This document shows positions 38,632 through 47,752 of a stretch of 64,000 bases of DNA, one piece after another. The notes beneath the pieces are model-generated. The model was not told where the DNA came from. It did no database searches and saw only the letters and a program-made list of their open reading frames with translations. The stretch comes from Candidatus Onthovivens sp. Its GTDB lineage: Bacteria; Bacillota_I; Bacilli_A; RFN20; CAG-826. How positions within the stretch are numbered: the stretch's first letter is position 1; every line of letters starts with the position of its first letter. The translations under genes and the position numbers were made by a program. The stretch covers positions 1,033-65,032 of the forward strand of contig DAIODM010000003.1 of NCBI GenBank assembly GCA_036746835.1. The letters are read 5' to 3'.

Positions 38632-40317
38632 ATGGATTATTGTTTGATTAGTGAAAAAAATAACTGTAAAAGTTGTTATAAATGTATAAGAAATTGTCCA
38701 ACAAAATCCATTTCATTTAATAACAATCAAGCCTCAATTATTCATGATGAATGTATTCTTTGTGGAAGATGTTATTTGGCATGTCCTCAAGGAATTAAAG
38801 TAATTCGTGATGATTTAGAGAGAGTTAAGGCTTTAATTGCTAGCAAGAAGAAAGTAATTGTTTCTCTTGCTCCTTCTTTTATTTTAAATTATAAAAATGC
38901 TTCGATCGATACGATGAGAACTGCATTAAAAAAATTAGGTTTTTATGATGTAGAAGAAACCGCAATTGGAGCGACTATTGTTAAAAAAGCTTATGATGAA
39001 ATGTTAAATGATTCATCAAGAGATATTATTATTTCTTCTTGTTGTCATTCAATTAATTTATTGATCGAAAAACACTATCCAGATTTATTACCTTATTTAG
39101 CTGATGTAATGTCGCCAATGGTTGCACATGGAAAAGACATTAAAGAAAGATACAAAGATGCAGCAGTAGTTTTTGTTGGTCCATGTATTGCTAAAAAAGA
39201 CGAAGCTGATAAAAATAGCCAATATATTGATGTTGCTTTAACCTTCAATGAACTCACTCGTTGGCTTAAAGAAATGAAGATAGATCTTAAAAGGAGTGAA
39301 GAACCTATTAAAATAGCAAAATCTAAGGCAAGATTATTTCCTACGACAGGTGGAATTTTATCCACGATGGAGAGGAGTAACTTAGATTATGAATATCTTG
39401 CTATCGATGGAATGGAAAACGTTTTACCTGCCTTAAAAAATATTGAAGAGGGTAAAATTCATAAATGTTTTATTGAGATGTCAGCCTGTAGTGGAAGCTG
39501 TATTAATGGACCTGTTTTAGATAAAGATAGTCGTGCAATTGTTAGTGGTTATTTAAACATCCATAAAGCTGCGGGAAAAGAAGATTTTGATGTTACTAAT
39601 TATAAATATAAAGATATCCAAAAGGATTATGAATCTTTAGATATTTCTAAAGCGAAACCTAGCGAAGAAGATATTTTAGAATGTCTTAAAGAGATGGGTA
39701 AAACTGATAAAAATAAAGAACTTAATTGTGGTTGTTGTGGTTACGAAACTTGTCGAGCTAAAGCGATTGCAATTATTGAAGGAAAAGCTGTTAAAGAGAT
39801 GTGTTTACCATATTTAATGGAAAAGGCCTTATCTTTTAGTGACAACATTATTACTAATACTCCTAATGGAATTATGGTTTTAAATGAGAATTTAGATATT
39901 CAATTAATGAACGAAGCATTTTGTAAAATAATAGGTGTTAAAGATAGTTCTTATGTAATTAATAAGAACGTTACGACTATTTTAGAACCTGATTTATATA
40001 GTAAAACACTTTGTAATTTAGCTACGATTCGTGGATATAAAGAATATTTAACTGAATACAATAAGTATGTTGAAGAAACGATTGTTTACGATAGTAAATT
40101 CCATATCCTTATTTCAATTATGCGTGATATTACCGATAAAGAAATCGAAGAACAAAAGAAAGATGAACTTGTTCGTAAATCAATTGAGATAACTGATAAA
40201 GTTATTGAAAAGAACATGAGAAGTGTACAAGAAATTGCTTCTTTACTTGGAGAAACAGCGGCAGAAACAAAAGTTGCTTTAACTGGTTTAAAGGATACTT
40301 TTAAAAATGATAAGTAA
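38632..40317 (+). CDS. Sensory-type [FeFe]-hydrogenase homolog with C-terminal PAS domain (HydS/HfsB-like)
   Basis: N-terminal 2x[4Fe-4S] motifs (CKSCYKCIRNCP, CILCGRCYLACP). H-cluster motifs SSCCHS, GPCIAKKDE, EMSACSGSCINGP. Extra Cys cluster CGCCGYETC. PAS segment (ITNTPNGIMVLNENLDIQLMNEAFCKIIG). Confidence 0.85.
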   Translation: MDYCLISEKNNCKSCYKCIRNCPTKSISFNNNQASIIHDECILCGRCYLACPQGIKVIRDDLERVKALIASKKKVIVSLAPSFILNYKNASIDTMRTALKKLGFYDVEETAIGATIVKKAYDEMLNDSSRDIIISSCCHSINLLIEKHYPDLLPYLADVMSPMVAHGKDIKERYKDAAVVFVGPCIAKKDEADKNSQYIDVALTFNELTRWLKEMKIDLKRSEEPIKIAKSKARLFPTTGGILSTMERSNLDYEYLAIDGMENVLPALKNIEEGKIHKCFIEMSACSGSCINGPVLDKDSRAIVSGYLNIHKAAGKEDFDVTNYKYKDIQKDYESLDISKAKPSEEDILECLKEMGKTDKNKELNCGCCGYETCRAKAIAIIEGKAVKEMCLPYLMEKALSFSDNIITNTPNGIMVLNENLDIQLMNEAFCKIIGVKDSSYVINKNVTTILEPDLYSKTLCNLATIRGYKEYLTEYNKYVEETIVYDSKFHILISIMRDITDKEIEEQKKDELVRKSIEITDKVIEKNMRSVQEIASLLGETAAETKVALTGLKDTFKNDK

Positions 40318-41485
40318 TCTTGTTACGGAATTTGGTGGATTAAGTATTAACCATGTAGGCGAAGAACTTTGTGGTGATCATTTTGATGTTGTTTCAACGC
40401 CTGACGAGAAAACTTATATTGCTGTCCTAGCAGATGGTTTAGGAAGTGGCGTAAAAGCTAATATTTTATCAACCTTAACAAGCAAATTAATTTCTACTAT
40501 GATGGCTAATAATATAGCGATAGAAGAATGCGTGGAAACTATCGTGGAAACTTTGCCAATTTGCAAAGAAAGACAAATTGCTTATTCTACTTTTACAATT
40601 TTAAAAATAACTGATAATAACCTCGCTGAAATTTATAATTATGATAATCCTGAACCAATTGTCTTGCGTGATGGAAAAGAGTTTGAGACGAACCAAACTA
40701 TCATGGAGATTGCTGGTAAAAAAATAACTCATTCTAAATTTTATTGTAATCCTTATGATACTTTTATTTTATTAAGTGATGGAACAATTCATGCAGGTAT
40801 TGGTCAATCAATGAATTTTGGCTGGGAAAGACCTCAGATAGTAGAATATTTAGAGGCTTTATATAATAAAGAATATAGTAGTAAAGCCTTAGCAACTGAA
40901 TTAATAGAGCATTGTGATCTTTTATATGGAAGAAAACCAGGAGATGATACGACTTGTCTAGTGGCTCGAATTAGAAAAAAGAGTATGGTCAATTTATTAA
41001 TAGGACCTGCTAGTAATCCAAAAGACGATAAAGAGATGCTTAGTTTATTTTTCTCTAAAGGTGGAAAACATATTGTTTGTGGAGGAACCACAAGTAATAT
41101 TGTTGCAAAATTTCTAAATAAACCTTTAACTATATCTAGTGATTATGAAGATAAAGAAGTTCCTCCAACAAGTTCGATCGAAGGAGTTGACTTAGTTACT
41201 GAAGGAATAATTACAATTAATAAAGTGTTAGATTATGCAAAAGATGAAATGGGCCGAAATGAAGACTACTTTCTTTGGTGCTTTAAACAAGATGGTGCTA
41301 GTCAAATTGCTCGATTATTATTTGAAGAAGCAACTGATATTAATTTCTATGTAGGTTGTGCAATCAATCCTGCTCATCAAGCGGAAGGATTAAGCATAAA
41401 TTACAAAATTAAGATGCAACTTATTGATGAATTGAGTAAAGTATTAAGGTCTATGGGGAAAAAGATTAAAGTAAGTTATTTTTAA
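40307..41485 (+). CDS. SpoIIE/PP2C-family serine phosphatase (HfsC-like)
   Basis: GDHFDV..LADGLGSGVKANILS..LLSDG metal-binding motifs. Overlaps the upstream gene by 11 nt. Confidence 0.8.
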   Translation: MISNLVTEFGGLSINHVGEELCGDHFDVVSTPDEKTYIAVLADGLGSGVKANILSTLTSKLISTMMANNIAIEECVETIVETLPICKERQIAYSTFTILKITDNNLAEIYNYDNPEPIVLRDGKEFETNQTIMEIAGKKITHSKFYCNPYDTFILLSDGTIHAGIGQSMNFGWERPQIVEYLEALYNKEYSSKALATELIEHCDLLYGRKPGDDTTCLVARIRKKSMVNLLIGPASNPKDDKEMLSLFFSKGGKHIVCGGTTSNIVAKFLNKPLTISSDYEDKEVPPTSSIEGVDLVTEGIITINKVLDYAKDEMGRNEDYFLWCFKQDGASQIARLLFEEATDINFYVGCAINPAHQAEGLSINYKIKMQLIDELSKVLRSMGKKIKVSYF

Positions 41486-41497
41486 AGGAGAGAATAT

Positions 41498-42922
41498 ATG
41501 CCAAAATTTGATACAAATGTCCAAGAGCTTAAATATAAAGTTTTAAAAGAGATTGCTCGCTCTGCTTTTAATGATACCTTGTTAGATGATTTTTATGATA
41601 TTCCTAAAACTGTTGTTCCAGGACCAAAACCTACAATGCGATGTTGTATTTATAAAGAAAGAGCAATCGTTTTAGAAAGAATGAAGTTAGCTTCTGGAAG
41701 AAGTAAAGATAAACAAAACATCGTTCAAGTCCTTCAAATTGCTTGTGATGAGTGTCCAATTGGTGGATATAAAGTTACCGAAAACTGTCGTGGTTGTATT
41801 GCTCATAGATGTGAAAAAGCCTGTTTAAAAAAGGCGATTACTTTTGATACAAAGACTCACCAAGCCATTATTGATAAAGAAAAATGTATCAATTGTGGTA
41901 TGTGTGCCAGAGCTTGTCAATATGGAGCGATTTTAAACTATAAACGACCATGTGAAACAGCTTGTAAAGTTAAGGCTATTTCAATGGGTGAAGATTTTGC
42001 TGCTAAAATTAACCATGAAAAATGTGTTCAATGTGGTGCTTGTGTTTATCAATGTCCATGGGGAGCAATTATGGATTCTTCCTCAATTGTTGATGTTATT
42101 AAAACCTTAAAAGATAGTGATTTTAGTAAAAAATATAATGTTTATGCTGTTGTTGCTCCATCTATTAGTAGTCAATTTAAATCCGTAAGTTTAGGTCAAG
42201 TCATTACTGGAATTAAAAACTTAGGATTCCATACCGTTGTTGAAGCTGCTTTAGGAGCTGATTTAACTGCTTATAATGAAGCCAAAGAATTAAGTGAAAA
42301 GAAATTCTTATTATCTTCTTGCTGCCCAAGTTTTGTAAGTTACGTTAGAAGCAATTATCCAAATTTAGTGCAATATATATCTAGTAATTTGTCGCCAATG
42401 GCTCAAATTTCTAAAAAGATTAAATATGCTGATCCAAATTCAAAAGTTGTTTTTATTGGACCATGCATTTCTAAAAAAGAAGAAATTAAACAAGAAGCGG
42501 TTAAGCCATATGTTGATCTTGTTTTAACTTTTGAAGAGCTCCAAGCTTTGATTGATAGTCGTGATATTGATTTAGCTTCTTTAAGTGAGTCTAAATTAAA
42601 TAATGCCTCTTATTTTGGTCGAATTTTTGCAAGATGTGGAGGTTTAAGTGATGCTGTTGTTGAGGCACTAAAGGAACAAAATATTAGTTTTGAAGTTAAA
42701 GGTGCGCATGCTGATGGACTTGAAGCTTGTAAACAAATGCTTGATAAAGCAAATAGTGGAAATTGTGATTTTAATTTCTTAGAAGGTATGGCTTGTGTTA
42801 ATGGTTGTATTGGTGGTCCATGCTGCTTAACTCACGAAATGCGTGATAAGAGTGAAGTTGATAAATATGGTAAAGAAGCCCTTGAAAAAACCATAACCAG
42901 TGCAATTGATGTTTTTAAATAG
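41498..42922 (+). CDS. [FeFe]-hydrogenase catalytic-subunit homolog with multiple N-terminal Fe-S clusters (HfsD-like)
   Basis: Several CxxCxxCxxxC motifs. H-cluster motifs SSCCPS, GPCISKKEE, EGMACVNGCIGGPC. Confidence 0.85.
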   Translation: MPKFDTNVQELKYKVLKEIARSAFNDTLLDDFYDIPKTVVPGPKPTMRCCIYKERAIVLERMKLASGRSKDKQNIVQVLQIACDECPIGGYKVTENCRGCIAHRCEKACLKKAITFDTKTHQAIIDKEKCINCGMCARACQYGAILNYKRPCETACKVKAISMGEDFAAKINHEKCVQCGACVYQCPWGAIMDSSSIVDVIKTLKDSDFSKKYNVYAVVAPSISSQFKSVSLGQVITGIKNLGFHTVVEAALGADLTAYNEAKELSEKKFLLSSCCPSFVSYVRSNYPNLVQYISSNLSPMAQISKKIKYADPNSKVVFIGPCISKKEEIKQEAVKPYVDLVLTFEELQALIDSRDIDLASLSESKLNNASYFGRIFARCGGLSDAVVEALKEQNISFEVKGAHADGLEACKQMLDKANSGNCDFNFLEGMACVNGCIGGPCCLTHEMRDKSEVDKYGKEALEKTITSAIDVFK

Positions 42923-42947
42923 ACTAATTTTATTGTAAAATAAAGGT

Positions 42948-43718
42948 ATGCATGAAGCATACCTTTTAAAATACCTTCAAGAATATAATGGTTATGCACT
43001 AGAAAATATGACCACTTTTAATCATGATATAAACACAAAAATAAGGGCATATATGAATATTACTATGCCTAGAGATTTGTCTAATGGGTTTTATGATAAA
43101 GAAGCAGAATATTTAAAAGATTTATTAGCTAAAAAGAAAGTTATTAGTGACGTAGAAATATTAAATAATCATAAGATTGCCATTTATAAGGGTGATATTA
43201 CTCTTATTAAGTGTGATGCAATTGTAAATGCTTGTAACTCTAAGTTACTCGGTTGTTTTATTCCATTACATTATTGTATCGATAACGCAATTCACACTTT
43301 TGCTGGACTAGAAATGCGTAGAGATCTAATGGAAATAATGGAAAAGCAAGGACACGATGAACCAGTTGGTTTATGTAAAGTGACTAGCGGTTATAATTTA
43401 CCAGCAAGATATGTTTTCCATACAGTTGGTCCTTCAATTGATGGCCATCCATCTTTTGACGATGAAGAAGATTTAAAGAATTGTTATCTTAATTGTTTAA
43501 AAGAAGCAAAAACGATGCACCTAAAGTCTTTGGTGTTTTGTAGCATTTCAACTGGGGTCTTTAGTTTTCCTATTGAAGAAGCTTCTATTATTGCAATTAA
43601 AACTGTAAAAGAGTTTTTAGAAAGCAATCCAGAGGACTTATGCGTGATATTTGATGTTTTTAGTGAAAATGATTATGAAGTTTATAAGAAAAATTTAGGT
43701 TCTAATTACCTTGATTAG
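42948..43718 (+). CDS. Macro-domain protein (ADP-ribose / protein-ADP-ribose hydrolase family)
   Basis: IYKGDITLIKCDAIVNACNSKLLG and ..CSISTGVFSFP.. macrodomain motifs, with an N-terminal extension of about 70 aa. Confidence 0.8.
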   Translation: MHEAYLLKYLQEYNGYALENMTTFNHDINTKIRAYMNITMPRDLSNGFYDKEAEYLKDLLAKKKVISDVEILNNHKIAIYKGDITLIKCDAIVNACNSKLLGCFIPLHYCIDNAIHTFAGLEMRRDLMEIMEKQGHDEPVGLCKVTSGYNLPARYVFHTVGPSIDGHPSFDDEEDLKNCYLNCLKEAKTMHLKSLVFCSISTGVFSFPIEEASIIAIKTVKEFLESNPEDLCVIFDVFSENDYEVYKKNLGSNYLD

Positions 43719-43727
43719 GAGTAATTT

Positions 43728-44381
43728 ATGAATAATGAAAACCTTTTTACAAGTAAACAAGCTCGTCGATTTCCACTTTATATTCGATATTTAAAAGCTT
43801 TACAAAATGCAGGAGAAGCAAGAACAACAATTGTAAATATTGCAGCTACTTTTGATTTAGCTCAAAGTGATGTTAATGCGGATTTTGAATTAATTTATAG
43901 TGAAGAACAAGCAACGCTTTTAACAATCGATATTAGTGAAACAATTAAAAGAATAAGTAACATTTTAAATTATGATGTTAAAAAGAATGTAATTTTAATT
44001 GGTGTAGGTAAGATGGGACAATCTTTAATAAATTACGAACCTTTTAAAGAATTGGGATTTAATATTGTCGCTTGTTTTGATTCAAATAAAAATGTAATTG
44101 GTCAAACTTTTAACAATTTAAAAGTTTGTGCTTATGATGATTTAAAAACAATGTTTAAAGACTTAAATGCTGAGATTGCGATTTTAACTGTTCCTACTAT
44201 TGTTGGACAAAAAAGTGCGGATGACCTCGTTGCTCTTGGCATAAGAGCCATCTGGAATTTTGTTCCAATTCCTTTAAGTGTTCCTCGTAACGTTATAGTA
44301 GAAAACGTTTACTTAGGATCTAGTCTTGCCTTACTTAATCATCGTTTAGTTTTACAAAAAGAAAAAGAATCTAAAAAGTAA
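43728..44381 (+). CDS. Second Rex-family redox-sensing repressor paralog
   Basis: RFPLYIRYLKAL wHTH. Rossmann GVGKMGQSL. IWNFVP. Clearly homologous to 35092-35739 over its full length, though many positions differ by eye. Confidence 0.85.
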   Translation: MNNENLFTSKQARRFPLYIRYLKALQNAGEARTTIVNIAATFDLAQSDVNADFELIYSEEQATLLTIDISETIKRISNILNYDVKKNVILIGVGKMGQSLINYEPFKELGFNIVACFDSNKNVIGQTFNNLKVCAYDDLKTMFKDLNAEIAILTVPTIVGQKSADDLVALGIRAIWNFVPIPLSVPRNVIVENVYLGSSLALLNHRLVLQKEKESKK

Positions 44382-44529
44382 ATGTAAAGAATGTTTAATA
44401 AGTTACAAACCTTCTTTAGATACAATATAGTTAGTCTAGTAGGTGCAATTACTTCGTTTTATAAAGTTTCCATGATAAGGCAAGTAAGCGCACTGCAATG
44501 TGGAATGCCTAAGCAAAATATTATAACGT

Positions 44530-45633
44530 CTAGTCTTCATTATCATTATTAAAAAGTGTTTTAAATAAACGGAGAGCAAGTTCGCCAAATTGCTCTCTTT
44601 TTGTTTTATCCATTGAGCGGTATTCATTTATCATCTTATTAATTTTAAAGTGATTAGCTTTATTATTAATCACATCAATTGCCTTGTTTACTTTACCATT
44701 TTTAATAATAGTAAATATCATATTAATGATTAAAGAGCGCTCATCTTCATTACAATTTTTTACCCATTCATTAAAGGCAACATCAAAACTCTTTATTGAA
44801 TCGCTAAGTTTTTTAGCATCAACAAATTCATTTCCATTTACACGCCAAGTGTATAAGTTATGTTGCAACAATAAACTTCGATCACTTTTTATAATTCTTA
44901 AAGGTTCATCATTATCGAAAATCATTCCAATAATGGATTCATTAGGAACTACTTTTAAATAGATATTTTGTAATCTTTTTTTATCAAATGTCGCGAAAAA
45001 ATTAGGTTCTAATCCTGGTCCATCAAATGAATAACATTTTTTAATTCTACTTAAAAAACTCTCATCACAAGTCAATAAACTATATAAAGCTAAGTTTCCG
45101 CCTTTTGAGTGACCAATAAGATAAATATTTCTCTCAGCTTCTTTTGCAACTTTATTAATATAAACCAAAGCATCATTTTGAGCAGGAACTGGTGTTTTAA
45201 TTGCCATATTAAAATCTTCATTCCATCCGGTTATGGTGGCATCTGTTCCTCTATAAGCAATAATCATATCCTTATTATCTAATATAAAAGTAATAGCACT
45301 AAATTGTTCAAGGTTATTCTTATCTACTTTATATTCATAGTGTTTTATTATTATGTTTTTAAATCGTGGATTTCCACAAAGAGCGCTAATTAATTGAGGA
45401 TCTTCTTTCTTTAAACTTGGTCGTTTTAAGAATTCATCAAATTTAGAAAAATCATATAAATCACTGAGTTTCATTTCTTTATTAAAATCATAACCAAGAA
45501 AAACTTCAAAATTAAAATAGACTAATTTTGAAAGGATAGCAAAATCAACCTCATTATATTCTTCAATATTTACTGTATTTAAATGTGTTTTGGCATATTC
45601 AACGATATTAGTCGTTCTTGTCTTTTTATTCAT
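44530..45633 (-). CDS. Alpha/beta-hydrolase, DUF2974/Mbeg1-like (lipase class 3-like)
   Basis: Nucleophile elbow LIGHSKGGNLA. The IAYRGTD motif is typical of lipase_3-like proteins. Confidence 0.7.
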   Translation of the reverse strand: MNKKTRTTNIVEYAKTHLNTVNIEEYNEVDFAILSKLVYFNFEVFLGYDFNKEMKLSDLYDFSKFDEFLKRPSLKKEDPQLISALCGNPRFKNIIIKHYEYKVDKNNLEQFSAITFILDNKDMIIAYRGTDATITGWNEDFNMAIKTPVPAQNDALVYINKVAKEAERNIYLIGHSKGGNLALYSLLTCDESFLSRIKKCYSFDGPGLEPNFFATFDKKRLQNIYLKVVPNESIIGMIFDNDEPLRIIKSDRSLLLQHNLYTWRVNGNEFVDAKKLSDSIKSFDVAFNEWVKNCNEDERSLIINMIFTIIKNGKVNKAIDVINNKANHFKINKMINEYRSMDKTKREQFGELALRLFKTLFNNDNED

Positions 45634-45681
45634 GAACTAATTATAGATATTAATATAAAAAAAGATAAGGCATAACCTTAT

Positions 45682-45900
45682 CTATCGTTCCATTAATCGG
45701 TATTTCTTTTCGTTTCGCGAATAAACTAACTCTTTATTGCTACCGAAATTACTTAAATATGCTTTGAGTTCTTGTACATAACGATGAAAAGTTAGTGGTG
45801 GAATTTCTAATTTAGAGATAACTTCATCACGAGAAAATTCTTCGTTTTCAACGAGGAGTTCATACATATAAAGTAAACATTGTGTTTTAGATACTTTCAT
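45682..45900 (-). CDS. Small standalone winged-HTH protein (72 aa)
   Basis: Same size and layout as 1973-2185 (..ISKLEIPPLTFHRYVQELKAYL....KKYRLMER). Probably co-transcribed with the hydrolase gene. Confidence 0.55.
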   Translation of the reverse strand: MKVSKTQCLLYMYELLVENEEFSRDEVISKLEIPPLTFHRYVQELKAYLSNFGSNKELVYSRNEKKYRLMER

Positions 45901-46134
45901 ACTATTTATATCGTATTGAATTTAATAAATCTTAAACTCTAGTTTGTATGATAAATAAGTATGTAATCAAATATTGATACTTTTATTTCAAAATAAATTA
46001 AAAAATTACCTTTTTAGGTAAAAAAGCCTAAAATGTCACTCTTAAGATTAAAAATAGTGTAATTTCATTTCTATATTGTTTTATGTTAATATTTGCTATA
46101 ATAGCGTCCTAAAAAGAAATTTTTAGATTTTATT

Positions 46135-46770
46135 ATGGTAAAAGCAATTATTTTTGATCTTGATGGCGTATTAGCAAAGACGGATAGTCTTCACTATTTT
46201 TCATGGAAGAAAATCTGTGAAAATCATCATTTTCAATTTGATAAAGACTTAAATAATAGCTTACGTGGTGTTTCTAGAGAAGAATGTTTAAACATTATTT
46301 TGCGTTACAACAAGATTAAGTTAAATGATGTAGATTTTAAGAAAATTTGTGAAGAAGAATCAAACAATTACAATTTATTAATTGCTAATATTTCTACAAA
46401 CGACTTAATGCCAGGAGCTTTAAATGTTTTAAAAACCATTAAAGCAAAAGGAATTAAAATGGCGATTGGAAGTGGATCAAAACATGCTTCTTTCGTTATT
46501 GATAAACTTGAAATTAGAAAGTATTTTGATGTTATTGTTGATGGAAATATGATTAAAAATGCTAAACCAGATACAGAGTGTTTTATTATTTGTAGTAAAC
46601 TTTTAAAGGTTGAACCAGTTGATACACTTGTTATTGAAGATGCAGATAGTGGCATTATTGCTGCTAATAATGGTGGTTTTAATAGTGTTTCCGTAAGAAG
46701 AACGGCAGAAGATGTTATTGCTGATCACTATATTGATCGATTAGAAGAAATTTTGCTTTTAATTAAGTAG
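46135..46770 (+). CDS. pgmB: HAD-IA hydrolase, beta-phosphoglucomutase-like
   Basis: Motif I IIFDLDGVLAKTD. Cap region SWKKI..RGVSREE. Motif IV EDADSGI. Confidence 0.65.
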   Translation: MVKAIIFDLDGVLAKTDSLHYFSWKKICENHHFQFDKDLNNSLRGVSREECLNIILRYNKIKLNDVDFKKICEEESNNYNLLIANISTNDLMPGALNVLKTIKAKGIKMAIGSGSKHASFVIDKLEIRKYFDVIVDGNMIKNAKPDTECFIICSKLLKVEPVDTLVIEDADSGIIAANNGGFNSVSVRRTAEDVIADHYIDRLEEILLLIK

Positions 46771-46798
46771 ATAAATAGAATGCGAGAATTTACTATTC

Positions 46799-46827
46799 TT
46801 GACATTTCTTATAAAAAAAGTAATATT
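46799..46827 (+). promoter_or_regulatory. Promoter of the first fibre-subunit gene
   Basis: TTGACA-N16-TAATAT, preceded by TTAC as in the two promoter-like copies at 47443 and 47622. Confidence 0.5.
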
Positions 46828-46885
46828 CAAGGCAAGAAGATAATTTTTTTAAATTACCTTAAAAAACGGAAAGGAGACTAAAATT

Positions 46886-47398
46886 ATGAAGAAAATCGCT
46901 ATAGTTTGTGGTATTGCTGCTGTTTTAGTCGCTTTATCTGTTACCTCGGTTTTTGCTAAATATTCAACTGACGTTGATACAAATGCAAACGCGAGTGGAA
47001 ATAATTTCGTTTTCACGGCTGATGAAACTTACTCAGTTAATGGTGCAGTTAAGATTGCTCCAGGTGAAACTCAAGAGGTTGCTGGATTTAAATTAAGCAA
47101 TTTAAGCGAAAGCGTTGCTAATAATGTAGATGTTGATGTTACTACTAATGTGAATTTCTCTTTAGTTAAAGAATTACCAACTGGTGATTCATTGACATAT
47201 GCTTTTTATGATCATTCAGGCAATTTGCTTAATAAATCATTTACTTTAGGCCATACTTCAAGTGATCGAACCTTAGAAGTATCCTTATATATAACTTGGA
47301 AAGATAGTTCAATAGATGGATCAAGTGAACAAGCGGCGTTAGCTGGACAAAATCTTGGTCAATATTACTTAACATTCATTGGAACACAATCGAAATAA
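46886..47398 (+). CDS. Secreted protein with SipW-cognate-type signal peptide (TasA/BsaA-like matrix subunit candidate), paralog 1
   Basis: AGGAGA SD. Signal peptide ending ..SVTSVFAKYSTDVD. Paralogous to 47776-48303 (shared F.FTA..TY, K[IL]AP.E, GDSL, [FL][IV]GTQ). Confidence 0.75.
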   Translation: MKKIAIVCGIAAVLVALSVTSVFAKYSTDVDTNANASGNNFVFTADETYSVNGAVKIAPGETQEVAGFKLSNLSESVANNVDVDVTTNVNFSLVKELPTGDSLTYAFYDHSGNLLNKSFTLGHTSSDRTLEVSLYITWKDSSIDGSSEQAALAGQNLGQYYLTFIGTQSK

Positions 47399-47424
47399 TC
47401 AGAGTTAAATCTCTGATTTTTTTG
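47397..47424 (+). terminator. Intrinsic terminator after paralog 1
   Basis: AATCAGAG-ttaaat-CTCTGATTTTTTT. Confidence 0.8.
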
Positions 47425-47442
47425 TGTTTTTTTTCGAATTAC

Positions 47443-47470
47443 TTGACAACTTTTATAGATTTAGTATGAT
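47443..47470 (+). promoter_or_regulatory. Promoter-like element, copy 1 (TTACTTGACAAC module)
   Basis: TTGACA-N16-TATGAT. The 13-mer TTACTTGACAAC is repeated at 47618-47630. Confidence 0.45.
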
Positions 47471-47621
47471 TATTGAACAATTCAAGTGTTAACTTGAGTT
47501 GCGAAGTTAGTAAGATGGCATTATCGTTTGACAAAAATTAAATTTTTATCAAAAAAAGTAATGCAAAAAGTGCAGACTGTAGGCTTATAATTTGATGAGA
47601 TTACTGGTTTTGCGATTTTAC

Positions 47622-47650
47622 TTGACAACATTTACAGAGAGTAATATATT
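47622..47650 (+). promoter_or_regulatory. Promoter-like element, copy 2, immediately upstream of the riboswitch
   Basis: TTGACA-N17-TATATT. Confidence 0.5.
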
Positions 47651-47656
47651 GTAAGT

Positions 47657-47722
47657 GAGCAAAGTATCCGCGAGGATATGACGCAAAACTAAAGGGTCTT
47701 AAAATTACTAAGATAGCCAGCT
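47657..47722 (+). promoter_or_regulatory. Class I c-di-GMP riboswitch aptamer (GEMM-I-like)
   Basis: GAGCAAA-GUAUCC-GCGA(GNRA)-GGAUAU-GACGCAAAAC-UAAAGGGUCUUA-aaauuac-UAAGA-UA-GCCAGC. It matches the GEMM-I hallmarks GCAAA, a GNRA-capped P1b stem, GACGCAAA, GGGUCU, a second stem with a UA bulge, and AGCC. Confidence 0.75.
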
Positions 47723-47752
47723 GCATTAAAAAATAATGGGCTGGCTTTTTTG
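47715..47752 (+). terminator. Riboswitch expression platform: intrinsic terminator overlapping the aptamer 3' strand
   Basis: AGCCAGC-UG-CAUUA-aaaaa-UAAUG-G-GCUGGCU followed by U6. The downstream CCAGCC (47755-47760) can pair alternatively with GGCUGG. Confidence 0.7.

Noticed and set aside
46006-46025. Hairpin ATTACCT-tttt-AGGTAA flanked by A/T runs, considered as a bidirectional terminator
   Set aside because: It lies between two divergently transcribed genes, so no transcript should end there. It is too short and AT-rich to call, and it may be an operator or nothing at all.
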